DNA of 64,000 nt from Candidatus Aegiribacteria sp. (GCA_046498225.1 JAWOBF010000059.1:1-64000), one strand, 5' to 3'; positions 8,449 to 18,510 are shown, counted from the first letter of the stretch. Notes: generated by a model not told the origin, from the letters alone. Made by a program: numbers and translations.

Positions 8449-10638
8449 CTAATCATGTCCGCCGATGACTATCAGTTCTCTGGACAGTCTCACACCCGGA
8501 GCGTCCATTACCGCGAAGTACAGGCCTCCGGGTATCCGGCTGCCGGAGTTGTCCCTGCAGTTCCACTGCACCGATTGCGCTCCCGGCCGGGACAGCTGGC
8601 CGGACAGGTCCGCCACACAGCGGCCGGACAGGTCGTATATGGCCAGGGTGACACCGCCCAGGTCCGTGGCGGAAACCGATACGGGGATAACAGCGAGCTC
8701 GACGGCCGGGTTCGGGCTGAACCGGCCCATGCCGGTGGTCCCGGACGGCTCCTCCCCCTGGGCGATGCCGGTTCCGGTTATCTGCGCTTCGGCGGCGTCC
8801 GAAGGCCACCCGGGACCGAAGTCCGGGTCCATGGCCACCACCCTGAACCAGAATTCACCGCTTTCATGGGTGGAGACGGTATACGAGTTGGAGGGAACGT
8901 TCAGGTCGAGGAATTCGTTCTCCTCCCACACCTCAAGCATGATGTCATCTATGTACAGGTCGGAGGAACTGCCCTGGGTGGCCCAGCGGAAACTCAGCGT
9001 ATCCCCCTGCCATTCGTCCAGTTCGTGGATGTTGATCCTCCAGGCGGGATCATTCCTCGTGAATGTCTGAAGGTAGAACCAGTTCTCTCCTCCGTCTGTG
9101 GAGACCTCGACGCTGCCCAGGCAGGAACCGTTTGGAATGTTGTAGTAGCTCCAGAAGCTGAGCCTTCCTCCGCCGTTCTCCGGTATGGCGACGGTCCCGG
9201 TCCAGGTCATGTTCCCGGTGCCTCCGGAGAGATAACTGCTGGGCGAGGAATGGTACTGGGAGGTGGTGGTGGACCAGTTGTTCATGGTGAAGGGTCCTCC
9301 GGACCCGTCGTCATCAAGGACCACCTGGTAGCCTGAAAGCTCCTGCAGTGCGTAGGAACCGGCCTCCGGAACGCTGTTCCAGTTTATGGTGAATGGTGTG
9401 GTCACCGCCCCAATGTCATCGATGACCGGCGTTCCCGGAACGTGGGGGTCGTAGGGGCAGCCGGCCATGAAGGCGGTGAGCAGATAGCTCCTGAGATTCC
9501 TCCTGGTGAGCTTCACCGTTTCCTCCGGGGACGGCCAGAAACCGGCGAAGTCCGCGCCGGTCTCGTGGTTCCAGCTCATTGCGCCGTACAGGCCGTAGGC
9601 ATGGTCCCTGGTATTGCCTGAGCTGTAGTAGAGTATGTGAGAGGACTGCCCCCATAGATCTCCCGTGCCCCACTGCGCCATCAGCTCCGCCTGGGTCTCG
9701 TAGGCGGTTACGTGGGTCGGGGGGTCGTCCTTGTAGCCCCAGGGGTAGATGAGAATGTTGCCGTAGGCATGGGTGGAGTGCATCTGGGCGGGCGGATGGT
9801 CCTGCCAGAAGGCGTCCACGTTGTCTGTCTCCGGCTCGCTGAGTGGAGCGGTTCCCCTGTAGGTCTGGGAGCCGGGGTCGCCGCTGGAGCCGGCGCCTCC
9901 CCATCCTATGGTCCAGTTCCTGTTGAGGTCGATTCCATCCCCTCCGGCGCTCCAGTTCATGTTCTTCCTGTGCATGCCGCCGCCGCCGGGGGACTGCTGC
10001 TCGTTGTAGACGTACCCGTCCACGTTGTTGCACGGCAGGCACCAGATCTCCCTGTTGTCCAGGAGCCAGGTCGCCTGGAGCCCGCAGAATCCGTTCCCGC
10101 CGTAGTTGTCGCACAGCCACAGCATGAAGAAGCGGGTGTTCCTCATGGAAGCCGGCTCCCTGGCATGTATCAGGCCGTCGTACCACACGTTGGGAAGGGA
10201 AGGGTCGTCGAACCAGAAATCGTTATTGGAGGATATCTTCACAACCGTCTGGGGCCTTCCCTCGTAGGTGTTCCCGATGGAAGTGGGGGCGCTCGTTATG
10301 TCCGGATAGGTGTCGTGCAGGTCCACCATCCAGTCGGACAGTTCGTCCCAGGTGAGGTAGCCTCCCATGGACCTGCCGTCGTACCGTCTGCTGTAGAACC
10401 TCTCCAGGTCGTCTATCCTGGTGGTGAAGGGGATGCCTGCGGAAAGCAGCGCGGTGTACTCATTCTGGTTCACCACGCAGTCCACCGAACCGTCATCGTA
10501 GACCTGGACGATTTCGCAGCCGGTCCCGGCCAGCCTGTTCAGCTCGGTCCGGTTCAGGGGTGTTACGCTCACCAGGGCGTACCTGTCCGCAAGCAGGATG
10601 GAAGCGGCCGCCAGCAGGAGCAGAAGTGTTCTTCTCAT
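8449..10638 (-). CDS. Secreted M14 zinc carboxypeptidase (carboxypeptidase T-like) with C-terminal FlgD/T9SS-type sorting-like domain
   Basis: Signal peptide MRRTLLLLLAAASILLA; HARE, HRKN, GIDLNRNW, YRGTAPLSEPET, HAYG; C-terminal SPNP...IYDLSGR...WNCRD...GLYF. Confidence 0.88.
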   Translation of the reverse strand: MRRTLLLLLAAASILLADRYALVSVTPLNRTELNRLAGTGCEIVQVYDDGSVDCVVNQNEYTALLSAGIPFTTRIDDLERFYSRRYDGRSMGGYLTWDELSDWMVDLHDTYPDITSAPTSIGNTYEGRPQTVVKISSNNDFWFDDPSLPNVWYDGLIHAREPASMRNTRFFMLWLCDNYGGNGFCGLQATWLLDNREIWCLPCNNVDGYVYNEQQSPGGGGMHRKNMNWSAGGDGIDLNRNWTIGWGGAGSSGDPGSQTYRGTAPLSEPETDNVDAFWQDHPPAQMHSTHAYGNILIYPWGYKDDPPTHVTAYETQAELMAQWGTGDLWGQSSHILYYSSGNTRDHAYGLYGAMSWNHETGADFAGFWPSPEETVKLTRRNLRSYLLTAFMAGCPYDPHVPGTPVIDDIGAVTTPFTINWNSVPEAGSYALQELSGYQVVLDDDGSGGPFTMNNWSTTTSQYHSSPSSYLSGGTGNMTWTGTVAIPENGGGRLSFWSYYNIPNGSCLGSVEVSTDGGENWFYLQTFTRNDPAWRINIHELDEWQGDTLSFRWATQGSSSDLYIDDIMLEVWEENEFLDLNVPSNSYTVSTHESGEFWFRVVAMDPDFGPGWPSDAAEAQITGTGIAQGEEPSGTTGMGRFSPNPAVELAVIPVSVSATDLGGVTLAIYDLSGRCVADLSGQLSRPGAQSVQWNCRDNSGSRIPGGLYFAVMDAPGVRLSRELIVIGGHD

Positions 10639-10724
10639 GATAACCTTCTCCAATGTGGGAATGTTGATTATTATTCGAAAATGCGATACCCGGTCGGAGT
10701 TTAATATATGCAGGGGAGGTTTCC

Positions 10725-12740
10725 ATGTCAGAGGGTTTCAGGGAAAAGATACTGAAGGGCATTCCGGATTCAATTCCACCCATGCCGCCGGATATGGAGG
10801 GTGTTATTCACGCTCCCGCCAGGCCCGACGTGCTGACCCTCGGCGAGAAGAAACTGGCCCTGAAGAACGCCCTGAGATACTTCCCCCGTGAATGGCACAT
10901 GGAACTGGCTCCGGAGTTCGCCGCGGAGCTGAAGACCGACGGCAGGATATACATGCGAAGGTTCAGGCCCACCTACGAGATGAAGGCCAGGCCCCTTGAC
11001 GAGTACCCGGCCCGGACCCCCCAGGCGGCGGCCATAATGCTGATGATACAGAACAACCTGGACAGGTCGGTAGCCCAGCATCCCCAGGAACTGATAACGT
11101 ACGGGGGCAACGGTACGGTGTTCCAGAACTGGGCCCAGTACCTGCTCACCATGAAATACCTGGCGGAGATGACGGAGGAGCAGACCCTGGTCCTCTACTC
11201 CGGCCATCCCCTGGGGCTCTTCCCGTCCCGTCCCGACTCACCGCGGGCGGTGGTGACAAACGGAATGGTGATACCCAACTACAGCTCCCGCGAGGACTAC
11301 GACAGGATGGCCGCCCTGGGAGTGACCTCCTACGGGCAGATGACGGCGGGCAGCTTCATGTACATAGGCCCTCAGGGCATCGTCCACGGGACCACCATCA
11401 CCATACTGAACGCGGGCAGGAAGTACCTCGGCCTTCCCCCGGAGCGGGACCTGTCCGGAAAGCTGTTCGTAACGTCCGGCCTGGGCGGCATGAGCGGGGC
11501 CCAGGCGAAGGCATCGGTTATAGCCGGAGCGGTGGGGGTAATAGCGGAAGTGAATCCCGGGGCGGTGCGGACGAGGTACGACCAGGGCTGGCTGCAGGAG
11601 GTGGAGACTGACCTGGACAGGGTCCTGCTGAGGATAGACAGGGCCAGGAAGTCCGGTGAGCCGCTGTCCCTGGGATATACCGGCAACGTTGTGGACCTGT
11701 GGGAGAAACTGGCCCGGGAGGACGTACCGGTGGACCTGGGAAGCGATCAGACATCGCTTCACAATCCCTACTCCGGCGGCTACTACCCGGCCGGGCTGAC
11801 CCTGGAGGAATCCAACCGGATGATGGTGGAGGCCCCCGACAGGTTCAAAAAGATGGTCCGGGAGTCTCTCAGAAGGCAGGTCAGGGCCATCAACAGGCTC
11901 AGTGACAGGGGCATGTTCTTCTGGGACTACGGCAACGCCTTCCTTCTGGAGGCCTCCAGGGCCGGGGCCGAGGGAATACTGAAGGATGACGGCACCTTCT
12001 CATATCCGTCCTACGTGGAGGACATAATGGGCCCGGTCTGCTTCGACTACGGTTTCGGCCCCTTCAGGTGGGTATGCGCGTCCGGGGACCCGGGCGACCT
12101 GAGGACCACCGACGCGATAGCGGCGGAGGTACTGGAGGAGATGGCGGCGGTTGCAGGTCCCGAGACGAGACAGCAGATGCTGGACAACGTAAAGTGGATA
12201 AGACAGGCGGAGGAGAACAGGCTGGTAGTGGGCTCCCAGGCAAGGATACTGTACGCCGACCGCACCGGCAGGATGAGGATAGCCGAAGCGTTCAACCGCG
12301 CGGTGTCCTCGGGGGAGATTAAGGCTCCCGTCGTGCTGGGCAGGGACCATCACGACGTGTCCGGGACCGACTCCCCGTACAGGGAGACGGCGAACATTCG
12401 GGACGGCAGCATGTTCACCGCGGACATGGCGGTGCAGAACGTCATCGGCGATTCCTTCAGGGGAGCCACCTGGGTCTCCCTGCACAACGGCGGCGGCGTA
12501 GGCTGGGGCGAGGTGATGAACGGCGGCTTCGGCCTGGTACTCGACGGCTCCCCGGAAGCCGGCGGGAGGGCCTCGGCCATGCTCAGCTGGGATGTCTCCA
12601 ACGGCCTTGCCAGAAGGTCCTGGGCCAGGAACCCGGGAGCCATCTACGCGGCGAAGAAGGCCATGGAGGCGGAGCCGGCGATGAAGATTACCATTCCGGA
12701 GACAGCCGACGACAGCGTAGTGGACCGCTGCTTCGAGTAA
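10725..12740 (+). CDS. hutU: Urocanate hydratase (long, ~670-aa type)
   Basis: GQMTAGSFMYIGPQGIVHGT, GLGGMSGAQ, SDQTSLHN, GRDHHDVSGTDSPYRET, SLHNGGGVGWG. Confidence 0.97.
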   Translation: MSEGFREKILKGIPDSIPPMPPDMEGVIHAPARPDVLTLGEKKLALKNALRYFPREWHMELAPEFAAELKTDGRIYMRRFRPTYEMKARPLDEYPARTPQAAAIMLMIQNNLDRSVAQHPQELITYGGNGTVFQNWAQYLLTMKYLAEMTEEQTLVLYSGHPLGLFPSRPDSPRAVVTNGMVIPNYSSREDYDRMAALGVTSYGQMTAGSFMYIGPQGIVHGTTITILNAGRKYLGLPPERDLSGKLFVTSGLGGMSGAQAKASVIAGAVGVIAEVNPGAVRTRYDQGWLQEVETDLDRVLLRIDRARKSGEPLSLGYTGNVVDLWEKLAREDVPVDLGSDQTSLHNPYSGGYYPAGLTLEESNRMMVEAPDRFKKMVRESLRRQVRAINRLSDRGMFFWDYGNAFLLEASRAGAEGILKDDGTFSYPSYVEDIMGPVCFDYGFGPFRWVCASGDPGDLRTTDAIAAEVLEEMAAVAGPETRQQMLDNVKWIRQAEENRLVVGSQARILYADRTGRMRIAEAFNRAVSSGEIKAPVVLGRDHHDVSGTDSPYRETANIRDGSMFTADMAVQNVIGDSFRGATWVSLHNGGGVGWGEVMNGGFGLVLDGSPEAGGRASAMLSWDVSNGLARRSWARNPGAIYAAKKAMEAEPAMKITIPETADDSVVDRCFE

Positions 12741-12773
12741 CACAATATTAAACATGTAGATGAAGGGATCAGA

Positions 12774-13856
12774 ATGCGCTGTCTGAACACTCTCATTGCG
12801 ATGGTCCTCATCCCCTCAGCCCTTTTCGCGTGGGGCTTCCACGACGCCATGTGGAAGGGGACACCCGTCACATGCGTCACCTCGAAGCAGAGCGCCATGG
12901 GCGGCGTCTGGGCCCTTCCATCCAGCGGGGCGGCGTCCATATTCCTTAACCCGGCGGAGCTGTCCCTGCTGGAGGGGGCCGAGGTTAACGCCGCCGCAGC
13001 CATCATCGAATGGAAGTCATACGTATACGGCGCCCTGAACCACGATTACGTGCTTACCGGGACCGGCGGCGCGGCCACCTTTGCCCTGGGAGCGCCCCTT
13101 TCGGACAGGCTGGCCGCGGGAGGGGGCATCACCAGGGTGTCGGACTTCGGATTCCACGGTTACATGGGTGTGCTGGAGGAAACCGTCCCCGGGTTTTTCG
13201 AGGTCAATTCCATGCAGGTACTGGATTCGCGCGGTTCGCTCTGGGAGACCGGCGCCGGACTTTCCTATGTCATCACCGACAGGGTAACCCTCGGAGTATC
13301 CGGCGGGCTCAGGTTCGGCAGCGGTTCGTACGAGTACAGGAACGATTACGTGCATGAAGGCTCCCTCGACGATACGGTGGAGGTAGACTGGAAGGAATCG
13401 GACATTTTCATCCACGGGGGCGTCCTGCTTCCCCTGGAGTTCGGCACCTTCGCCTTCTCCGGCACCAACGGCACCGGCAGGTACCGGTCCAGGCTGGCCG
13501 GGGGATTTCAGAGCGATTTCGAGGTGCTGCACGGCAGTACCCTGGGGATCGAGTTCGACATCCAGTCGGCCACGGAGAGACCGGCGTACTCCGGCAGGTT
13601 CTTCGCGCACTTCGCCGAGATGATACCCGGTGTCCGCTCCACCTACAGCATCGGCTTCAACAGAGCCACGGACTACCACCGTACAGCACTCTGCCTGGGG
13701 ACCGGGGTAAGGATATTCCTGGGGGACGCTGACCTGGACCTGGGTGTCTCCTGGAACAGCAGGAGCAGGTTGGGGACACATTTTCCGGAGCCCTACGTCG
13801 ACACAGTGGACGACTCCGGATTCTACTACTCCATCGGCATGGGCTGGAGGATCTAG
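12774..13856 (+). CDS. Outer-membrane beta-barrel protein (FadL/PorV-like N-terminus)
   Basis: Signal peptide; SAMGG...IFLNPAEL motif; alternating beta strands; C-terminal YYSIGMGWRI. Confidence 0.7.
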   Translation: MRCLNTLIAMVLIPSALFAWGFHDAMWKGTPVTCVTSKQSAMGGVWALPSSGAASIFLNPAELSLLEGAEVNAAAAIIEWKSYVYGALNHDYVLTGTGGAATFALGAPLSDRLAAGGGITRVSDFGFHGYMGVLEETVPGFFEVNSMQVLDSRGSLWETGAGLSYVITDRVTLGVSGGLRFGSGSYEYRNDYVHEGSLDDTVEVDWKESDIFIHGGVLLPLEFGTFAFSGTNGTGRYRSRLAGGFQSDFEVLHGSTLGIEFDIQSATERPAYSGRFFAHFAEMIPGVRSTYSIGFNRATDYHRTALCLGTGVRIFLGDADLDLGVSWNSRSRLGTHFPEPYVDTVDDSGFYYSIGMGWRI

Positions 13857-13865
13857 CGCGGTCTT

Positions 13866-14144
13866 TTACGACCCCTCTATCCTTCCGGCAAGGTCATCCG
13901 CGTACTTCCTCAGCTCCCTACGTCTTCTGCGCCACGACCCGCTCACGAAAAGAAGCAGGTCGGGGGTCACCGGCAGCTTCAGCTCCTCGGTCCCGCCGGT
14001 GGAAGTACTCCCGGTCAGGTGGGAAACCCTCCTGCCCATAACGCGGCAGAACCTGAAGCTCAGTCCGGGAAAGAGCGATCCCAGACGGTCCAGCTCACCG
14101 TCGAGAATGTCGAGAAGTTCCCCTGGTGCGGCGTCGTTGCCCAT
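13866..14144 (-). CDS. Small hypothetical protein
   Basis: 92-aa ORF from ATG after GAAGGGAG; fills the gap between two plus-strand genes. Confidence 0.45.
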   Translation of the reverse strand: MGNDAAPGELLDILDGELDRLGSLFPGLSFRFCRVMGRRVSHLTGSTSTGGTEELKLPVTPDLLLFVSGSWRRRRRELRKYADDLAGRIEGS

Positions 14145-14232
14145 GGCTCCCTTCGATGGCTTGCCTCGTTGACGAAACAATCCTGATTTGAATATACATG
14201 ATAGTCATCAACCAATGAACAGAGGAGGAGGC

Positions 14233-14715
14233 ATGAGAAGACTTCTTGTATTCGCGGCCGCTTCAGCGCTTTTCGCGGCCTGCGGAGGAAACGGCGGCGG
14301 TACCCCCGGGGAAGCGGTGACCGGAATGTTCGACGCGCTGAAGGCGGGTGACGGCGCCGCAGCTGTGGCCTACATGTCCGAGAGCGCTCTCGAGGAGATG
14401 GACGTACAGCTGGAGATGCTGAAGGTGGACCCGGAGGGGTCCTCCCAGCAGCTGGCCCTCATAGGGATCGAGATAGACGCGGAAGATATCCCGGGTATGA
14501 CCGCCCGCGACTTCGCCGCGGCCATGATATCCTCGCCCAGCATCGTTTCCATTATGCAGTCGGCGGAGGTCACCGTCGGTGAAGTGGAGATAGAGGAAGA
14601 CCTTGCCCGGGTCGAGGTCACTGTCACGGTAGCGGGAGACTCCGAGACCAATGTCATCGACGTGGTCAAAGAGGACGGTCAGTGGAAGGTCACCGAGTTC
14701 GGCATGAACATGTAA
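14233..14715 (+). CDS. Lipoprotein (DUF4878/NTF2-like)
   Basis: RBS AGGAGGAGG; lipobox LFAAC; C-terminal VVKEDGQWKV. Confidence 0.78.
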   Translation: MRRLLVFAAASALFAACGGNGGGTPGEAVTGMFDALKAGDGAAAVAYMSESALEEMDVQLEMLKVDPEGSSQQLALIGIEIDAEDIPGMTARDFAAAMISSPSIVSIMQSAEVTVGEVEIEEDLARVEVTVTVAGDSETNVIDVVKEDGQWKVTEFGMNM

Positions 14716-14750
14716 CGGCCGGAACCGACTGATCCCTGAAGGGACCTGTG

Positions 14751-16241
14751 CTACAGGTACAGGTCCCTTTCGCCTTTCCGGACCCTCTCCAGAAGCCCAG
14801 ATACCCTCTGTCTGAGCTCGGGGCCGGGGAGCCGCTGAAGCTCGCTCTCTATCAGTTTCCAGCCCTTCTCCCTGGTCTCTTCGGAGGCATAGTCGTCGAG
14901 GTACTCGGCGAAGGTGAGTATGGCGTTGGGCATGCAGAGGGTATGCACCTTGCCGCTCTTTGCCACGTCCATGAAGTAATGGCCGGTCCTTCCGCACCTG
15001 TAGCCTGCCGTGCAGAAGCTGGTTATCATTCCCCGGTCCACCAGATCGGATATGACCTCCTCCAGTGTGCGGTCGTCCGCCAGCTGGAACTGCTCCCTAT
15101 CTCCGTTCTTCTCTCCGCCGGCGTAACAGCCCACACCGATGTTTGACCCTGCGTCCAGCTGGGTTATTCCAACCCCTGTCACATCTTTCCGCACCCTCTC
15201 CGGTTCCCTGGCGGTGAGTATGAGCCCGGTGTAGGGCACGGAGAGCCTGAGAACGGTCACCAGCTTCTTGAAATCACCGTCGCTCACCAGATGGTCCGGA
15301 TTCTCCACGAAGGGTGTGTTCACCGCCGGTTCAAGCCTGGGAAAGCTTATGGTGTGCGGGCCCACGCCGCCGAACTTCTCCTCCAGGTCCATCGTATGGA
15401 GCAGCAGGGCCATCACTTCGAACCTGTGGTCGAACAGGCCGAAAAGGGCGCCTATGCCCACATCGTCCACTCCGGCGTCCATGGCCCTGTGCAGGGCATA
15501 CAATCTCCATCGCATGTTGCCTTTGAGGGTATCGGGAGGATGGACCCTGCGGTAGGTCGCAGGATGATAGGTTTCCTGAAAGACCTGGAAGGTGCCTATA
15601 CCCACTTCGGACAACCTTCTGAGATCATCTATGCACAGGGGCGCCGCGTTGATGTTTGCCCTTCTGATCTCGTCGCCGCCCTGTTTCGTACCGTATACCA
15701 CTTCCAGGGTGTGGGCTATGAAATCGGCTCCGCTGGTGGGATGCTCGCCGTAGACCATGATGAGACGCTTGTGCCCCCGGGCTGTCAGGGCCCGAACCTC
15801 CGCCCTTATCTGCTCATCCGTCAGCCTCGTCCGGGTAACCGCGGTGTTCTCCCGCCGAAAACCGCAGTAGGCGCAGTTATTGACGCAGTAGTTGGATATG
15901 TACAGCGGGGCGAAGAAGACGATCCTCCTGCCGTACACTTTCTGCTTTATCCTGAGTCCGGCTGTGAACATCTCCCGCCACAGCTCCTCGCTGCGGCAGT
16001 TGAGAAGGGCCGCCGTCTCAGGGGGGTCCAGCCTTTCCAGCTGAAGGGACTTGGCGATTATTTCTCGGACCATGGAGTCGGGAGGATCATTCTGCTCCTC
16101 CAGACAGCTCCAGATCAGCTCCTGGTCCACGAAATCCCTGCCGCCGGTCAGGTAGCGGTCGATCTCATCCTGTCTGACCACCGAATCTATCCAGCTCCTC
16201 TCGTTCTTTGTCAGGCCGCTCATGTCATCATTCCCCGTCAC
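14751..16241 (-). CDS. hydG: [FeFe]-hydrogenase H-cluster radical SAM maturase HydG
   Basis: FAPLYISNYCVNNCAYCGF, FQETYH, GIGALFGL, GPHTISFPR, C-terminal FCTAGYRC...CMPNA. Confidence 0.93.
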   Translation of the reverse strand: MTGNDDMSGLTKNERSWIDSVVRQDEIDRYLTGGRDFVDQELIWSCLEEQNDPPDSMVREIIAKSLQLERLDPPETAALLNCRSEELWREMFTAGLRIKQKVYGRRIVFFAPLYISNYCVNNCAYCGFRRENTAVTRTRLTDEQIRAEVRALTARGHKRLIMVYGEHPTSGADFIAHTLEVVYGTKQGGDEIRRANINAAPLCIDDLRRLSEVGIGTFQVFQETYHPATYRRVHPPDTLKGNMRWRLYALHRAMDAGVDDVGIGALFGLFDHRFEVMALLLHTMDLEEKFGGVGPHTISFPRLEPAVNTPFVENPDHLVSDGDFKKLVTVLRLSVPYTGLILTAREPERVRKDVTGVGITQLDAGSNIGVGCYAGGEKNGDREQFQLADDRTLEEVISDLVDRGMITSFCTAGYRCGRTGHYFMDVAKSGKVHTLCMPNAILTFAEYLDDYASEETREKGWKLIESELQRLPGPELRQRVSGLLERVRKGERDLYL

Positions 16242-17040
16242 CGTCGATCCGCTCGATGAGACCGGACACTATTCCCTCGAAGGTCCTGGCGAAGCCGGTT
16301 TTCCCGTAATGGTAGACAAATGGTTTTCCGCTGTCGCCGGACGCGACTATGTCCGGTTCGATGGGTATCCGTCCAAGAAAAGGCACGTCCATTTCGCGAG
16401 CCATCTCCTCCCCGCCCCCGGAGCTGAAGAGTTCTGTCTTCTCGCCGCAGTGGGGACAGACGAAACCGGACATATTCTCTATAACACCCAGGACGGGCAG
16501 TTTCAGGGCGCGGCAGAACTGTATGGACCTTCTCACGTCCGAGAGGGACATCTCCTGAGGGGTTGTTACTATCACGGCTCCGGTGGGCTCGGGTATCAGC
16601 TGTACAACCGAAAGGGGCTCGTCGCCGGTGCCCGGGGGGCAGTCAATCACCATGTAGTCCAGCTCTCCCCAGTTCACGTCCTGGAACAGCTGCTTTATCA
16701 CGTTCATCTTCATGGGACCGCGCCAGATAACCGGGTCCGTCCTGCTGCCCAGCATGAAATCCACCGATATGACCTTCAGCGCCCCCAGCTCCGCCGGATC
16801 CAGAAGCTTCCCGTCAGCTGATGTGAGCCGGGTGCCCTCCATTCCCAGCAGCTTGGGAATGCTGGGTCCGTGGAAATCCGTATCCAGCAGCCCGGTGGCG
16901 TATCCCTGCAGGGAGAGTGAGATGGCCAGGTTGGCGGCCACGGTGCTCTTGCCTACGCCGCCCTTTCCGGACAGGACGAGAATACTGTTTCGGGCCGGGG
17001 ATTTGTCGAGACTGAACGGCGCAGTTTTCTGATCGCTCAT
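16228..17040 (-). CDS. Mrp/NBP35 (ApbC) Fe-S cluster carrier ATPase
   Basis: SGKGGVGKST, WRGPM, DCPPGTGD, VTTPQ, ENMSGFVCPHCG; start taken at MSDQKT. Confidence 0.93.
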   Translation of the reverse strand: MSDQKTAPFSLDKSPARNSILVLSGKGGVGKSTVAANLAISLSLQGYATGLLDTDFHGPSIPKLLGMEGTRLTSADGKLLDPAELGALKVISVDFMLGSRTDPVIWRGPMKMNVIKQLFQDVNWGELDYMVIDCPPGTGDEPLSVVQLIPEPTGAVIVTTPQEMSLSDVRRSIQFCRALKLPVLGVIENMSGFVCPHCGEKTELFSSGGGEEMAREMDVPFLGRIPIEPDIVASGDSGKPFVYHYGKTGFARTFEGIVSGLIERIDGDGE

Positions 17041-17179
17041 GGTAACGGGACCTTTCCAGTATGTGATATCACGGCCGGTGTAAATCGGTATTAATATAAC
17101 TGTTCCCCGGTGGCGGGGCATGCGGGCACCTGTAAACAGCGGTATTGCCTCTGGAGGATTTCCTTACCATTGTAACGGC

Positions 17180-17899
17180 ATGATGGATTCAGACGGACTG
17201 GACCCCGGTAAGTACGAAGCGATACTCTTCGACCTGGACGGGACGCTTCTGGATTACGGGGCTGCGCAGGAGCACGCCGCCTCTAGGCTGGCAGCCGTAC
17301 TGGGATTGGATGATTCCCCGGCATGGCTGAGGAAGATAACCGATTTCCTGCAGGGCAGGGTCGTACAGGACCTGGAGGCCTGCAAACCCTCGGCCATCGA
17401 ACCCGGCTCAGCGGAGATGAGGCAGGCCTTCGGAAGGGCCGGCCTGCGCGTCGATCCCACGGAATTCATGGAGGTCTACTTCCAGAGCATGGAGGAACAT
17501 GGCCGTCCCCTCCCCGGCGTAACCGGCATGCTCGGCCGGCTGCAGGACCGTTTCACCGTCGGAGTGGTGACCAACGGCCCCGGCAGGATGCAGAGGAGAA
17601 GACTCGAGCTGGCCGGGCTGATGGAATTTCTCGATCTGCTGGTCGTAAGCTGCGAAGTGGAGCGGGCCAAGCCTGACCCGGAGATACTCAGGCTGGCCAT
17701 GAAACTGGCGGGCTCCGCCACCTTCAGTACCCTGTTCGCAGGAGACAGCGCCGGGAGCGATATGGGCGCGGCGAACGCCGCAGGGGTCGATTTCGTGTTC
17801 ATACAGCCCGACGGTGATTTCTCGGCCCCGGGTCCCAGGGTTCTCGAGCTCAGGAAGACTGTAGAGCTGATGAGATGGATGGATACGGAAGAGAGTTAG
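17180..17899 (+). CDS. HAD-superfamily hydrolase (YjjG-like)
   Basis: FDLDGTL, VVTNG, KPDP, GDS...D motifs. Confidence 0.88.
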   Translation: MMDSDGLDPGKYEAILFDLDGTLLDYGAAQEHAASRLAAVLGLDDSPAWLRKITDFLQGRVVQDLEACKPSAIEPGSAEMRQAFGRAGLRVDPTEFMEVYFQSMEEHGRPLPGVTGMLGRLQDRFTVGVVTNGPGRMQRRRLELAGLMEFLDLLVVSCEVERAKPDPEILRLAMKLAGSATFSTLFAGDSAGSDMGAANAAGVDFVFIQPDGDFSAPGPRVLELRKTVELMRWMDTEES

Positions 17900-17924
17900 A
17901 CATCGCCACTTTTTCCTGTATAAT
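17897..17924 (+). promoter_or_regulatory. Sigma70-like promoter, TAGACA-N16-TATAAT
   Basis: Seen directly, upstream of the AGGAG RBS and the OMP gene at 17955. Confidence 0.45.
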
Positions 17925-17954
17925 TGTGTACAGACACCAACCGAGAGGAGAAAA

Positions 17955-18458
17955 ATGAAAAAGCTGATATGTCTGTTGATGGCGCTGGCCGTTCCCGCCT
18001 TCGCGGTAGGATCGGTGGAATACGGCGTGCACGGTGGCCTGCTCCTGCCTACGGGTGACGCGGGCGACTTCTACTCCACCAGCTTCCTGTTCGGAGGCAA
18101 CATACTGGCGCACATGCCGATGTTCGCCATAGAGGGAAGCGTGAGCTACGGCATGCTCCAGGCAGAGGAAGACCTGGAAGGTTTCTCCGCCAGTCTGATA
18201 CCCATACTGGCGGGCATCAGGACCTATTCCGGTTTCGTCTTCTACGGCGGCGGGGTAGGACTCTACATGGCATCGGCGGAATATACCGCGGGTGGGACAA
18301 CCTATGATTCCAGCGACGAGAATTTCGGTATCTACGGAAACCTTGGAATGATATTCCCCACCGGGTCCATGGACATCGAGGGAAGCATCAAGTACCACCT
18401 GATCGACTTCGATACCGACAACGGCTGGATCGGCCTTACCGTGGGAACCTACTTCTAG
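17955..18458 (+). CDS. Small (about 8-stranded) outer-membrane beta-barrel protein
   Basis: Signal peptide MKKLICLLMALAVPAFA; amphipathic strands; C-terminal TVGTYF. Confidence 0.8.
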   Translation: MKKLICLLMALAVPAFAVGSVEYGVHGGLLLPTGDAGDFYSTSFLFGGNILAHMPMFAIEGSVSYGMLQAEEDLEGFSASLIPILAGIRTYSGFVFYGGGVGLYMASAEYTAGGTTYDSSDENFGIYGNLGMIFPTGSMDIEGSIKYHLIDFDTDNGWIGLTVGTYF

Positions 18459-18480
18459 AACTCCCTCACGGTCATCGGGC

Positions 18481-18510
18481 AGGGGGCATGGCGAAGCCGT
18501 GCCCCTTTAT
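18481..18510. terminator. Stem-loop between convergent genes, probable terminator
   Basis: GGGGCATGGC-GAA-GCCGTGCCCC followed by TTTATT. Confidence 0.6.

Noticed and set aside
14751..16241. ThiH (thiazole synthesis) assignment
   Set aside because: Length and the C-terminal three-Cys cluster motif fit HydG; no thi genes adjacent
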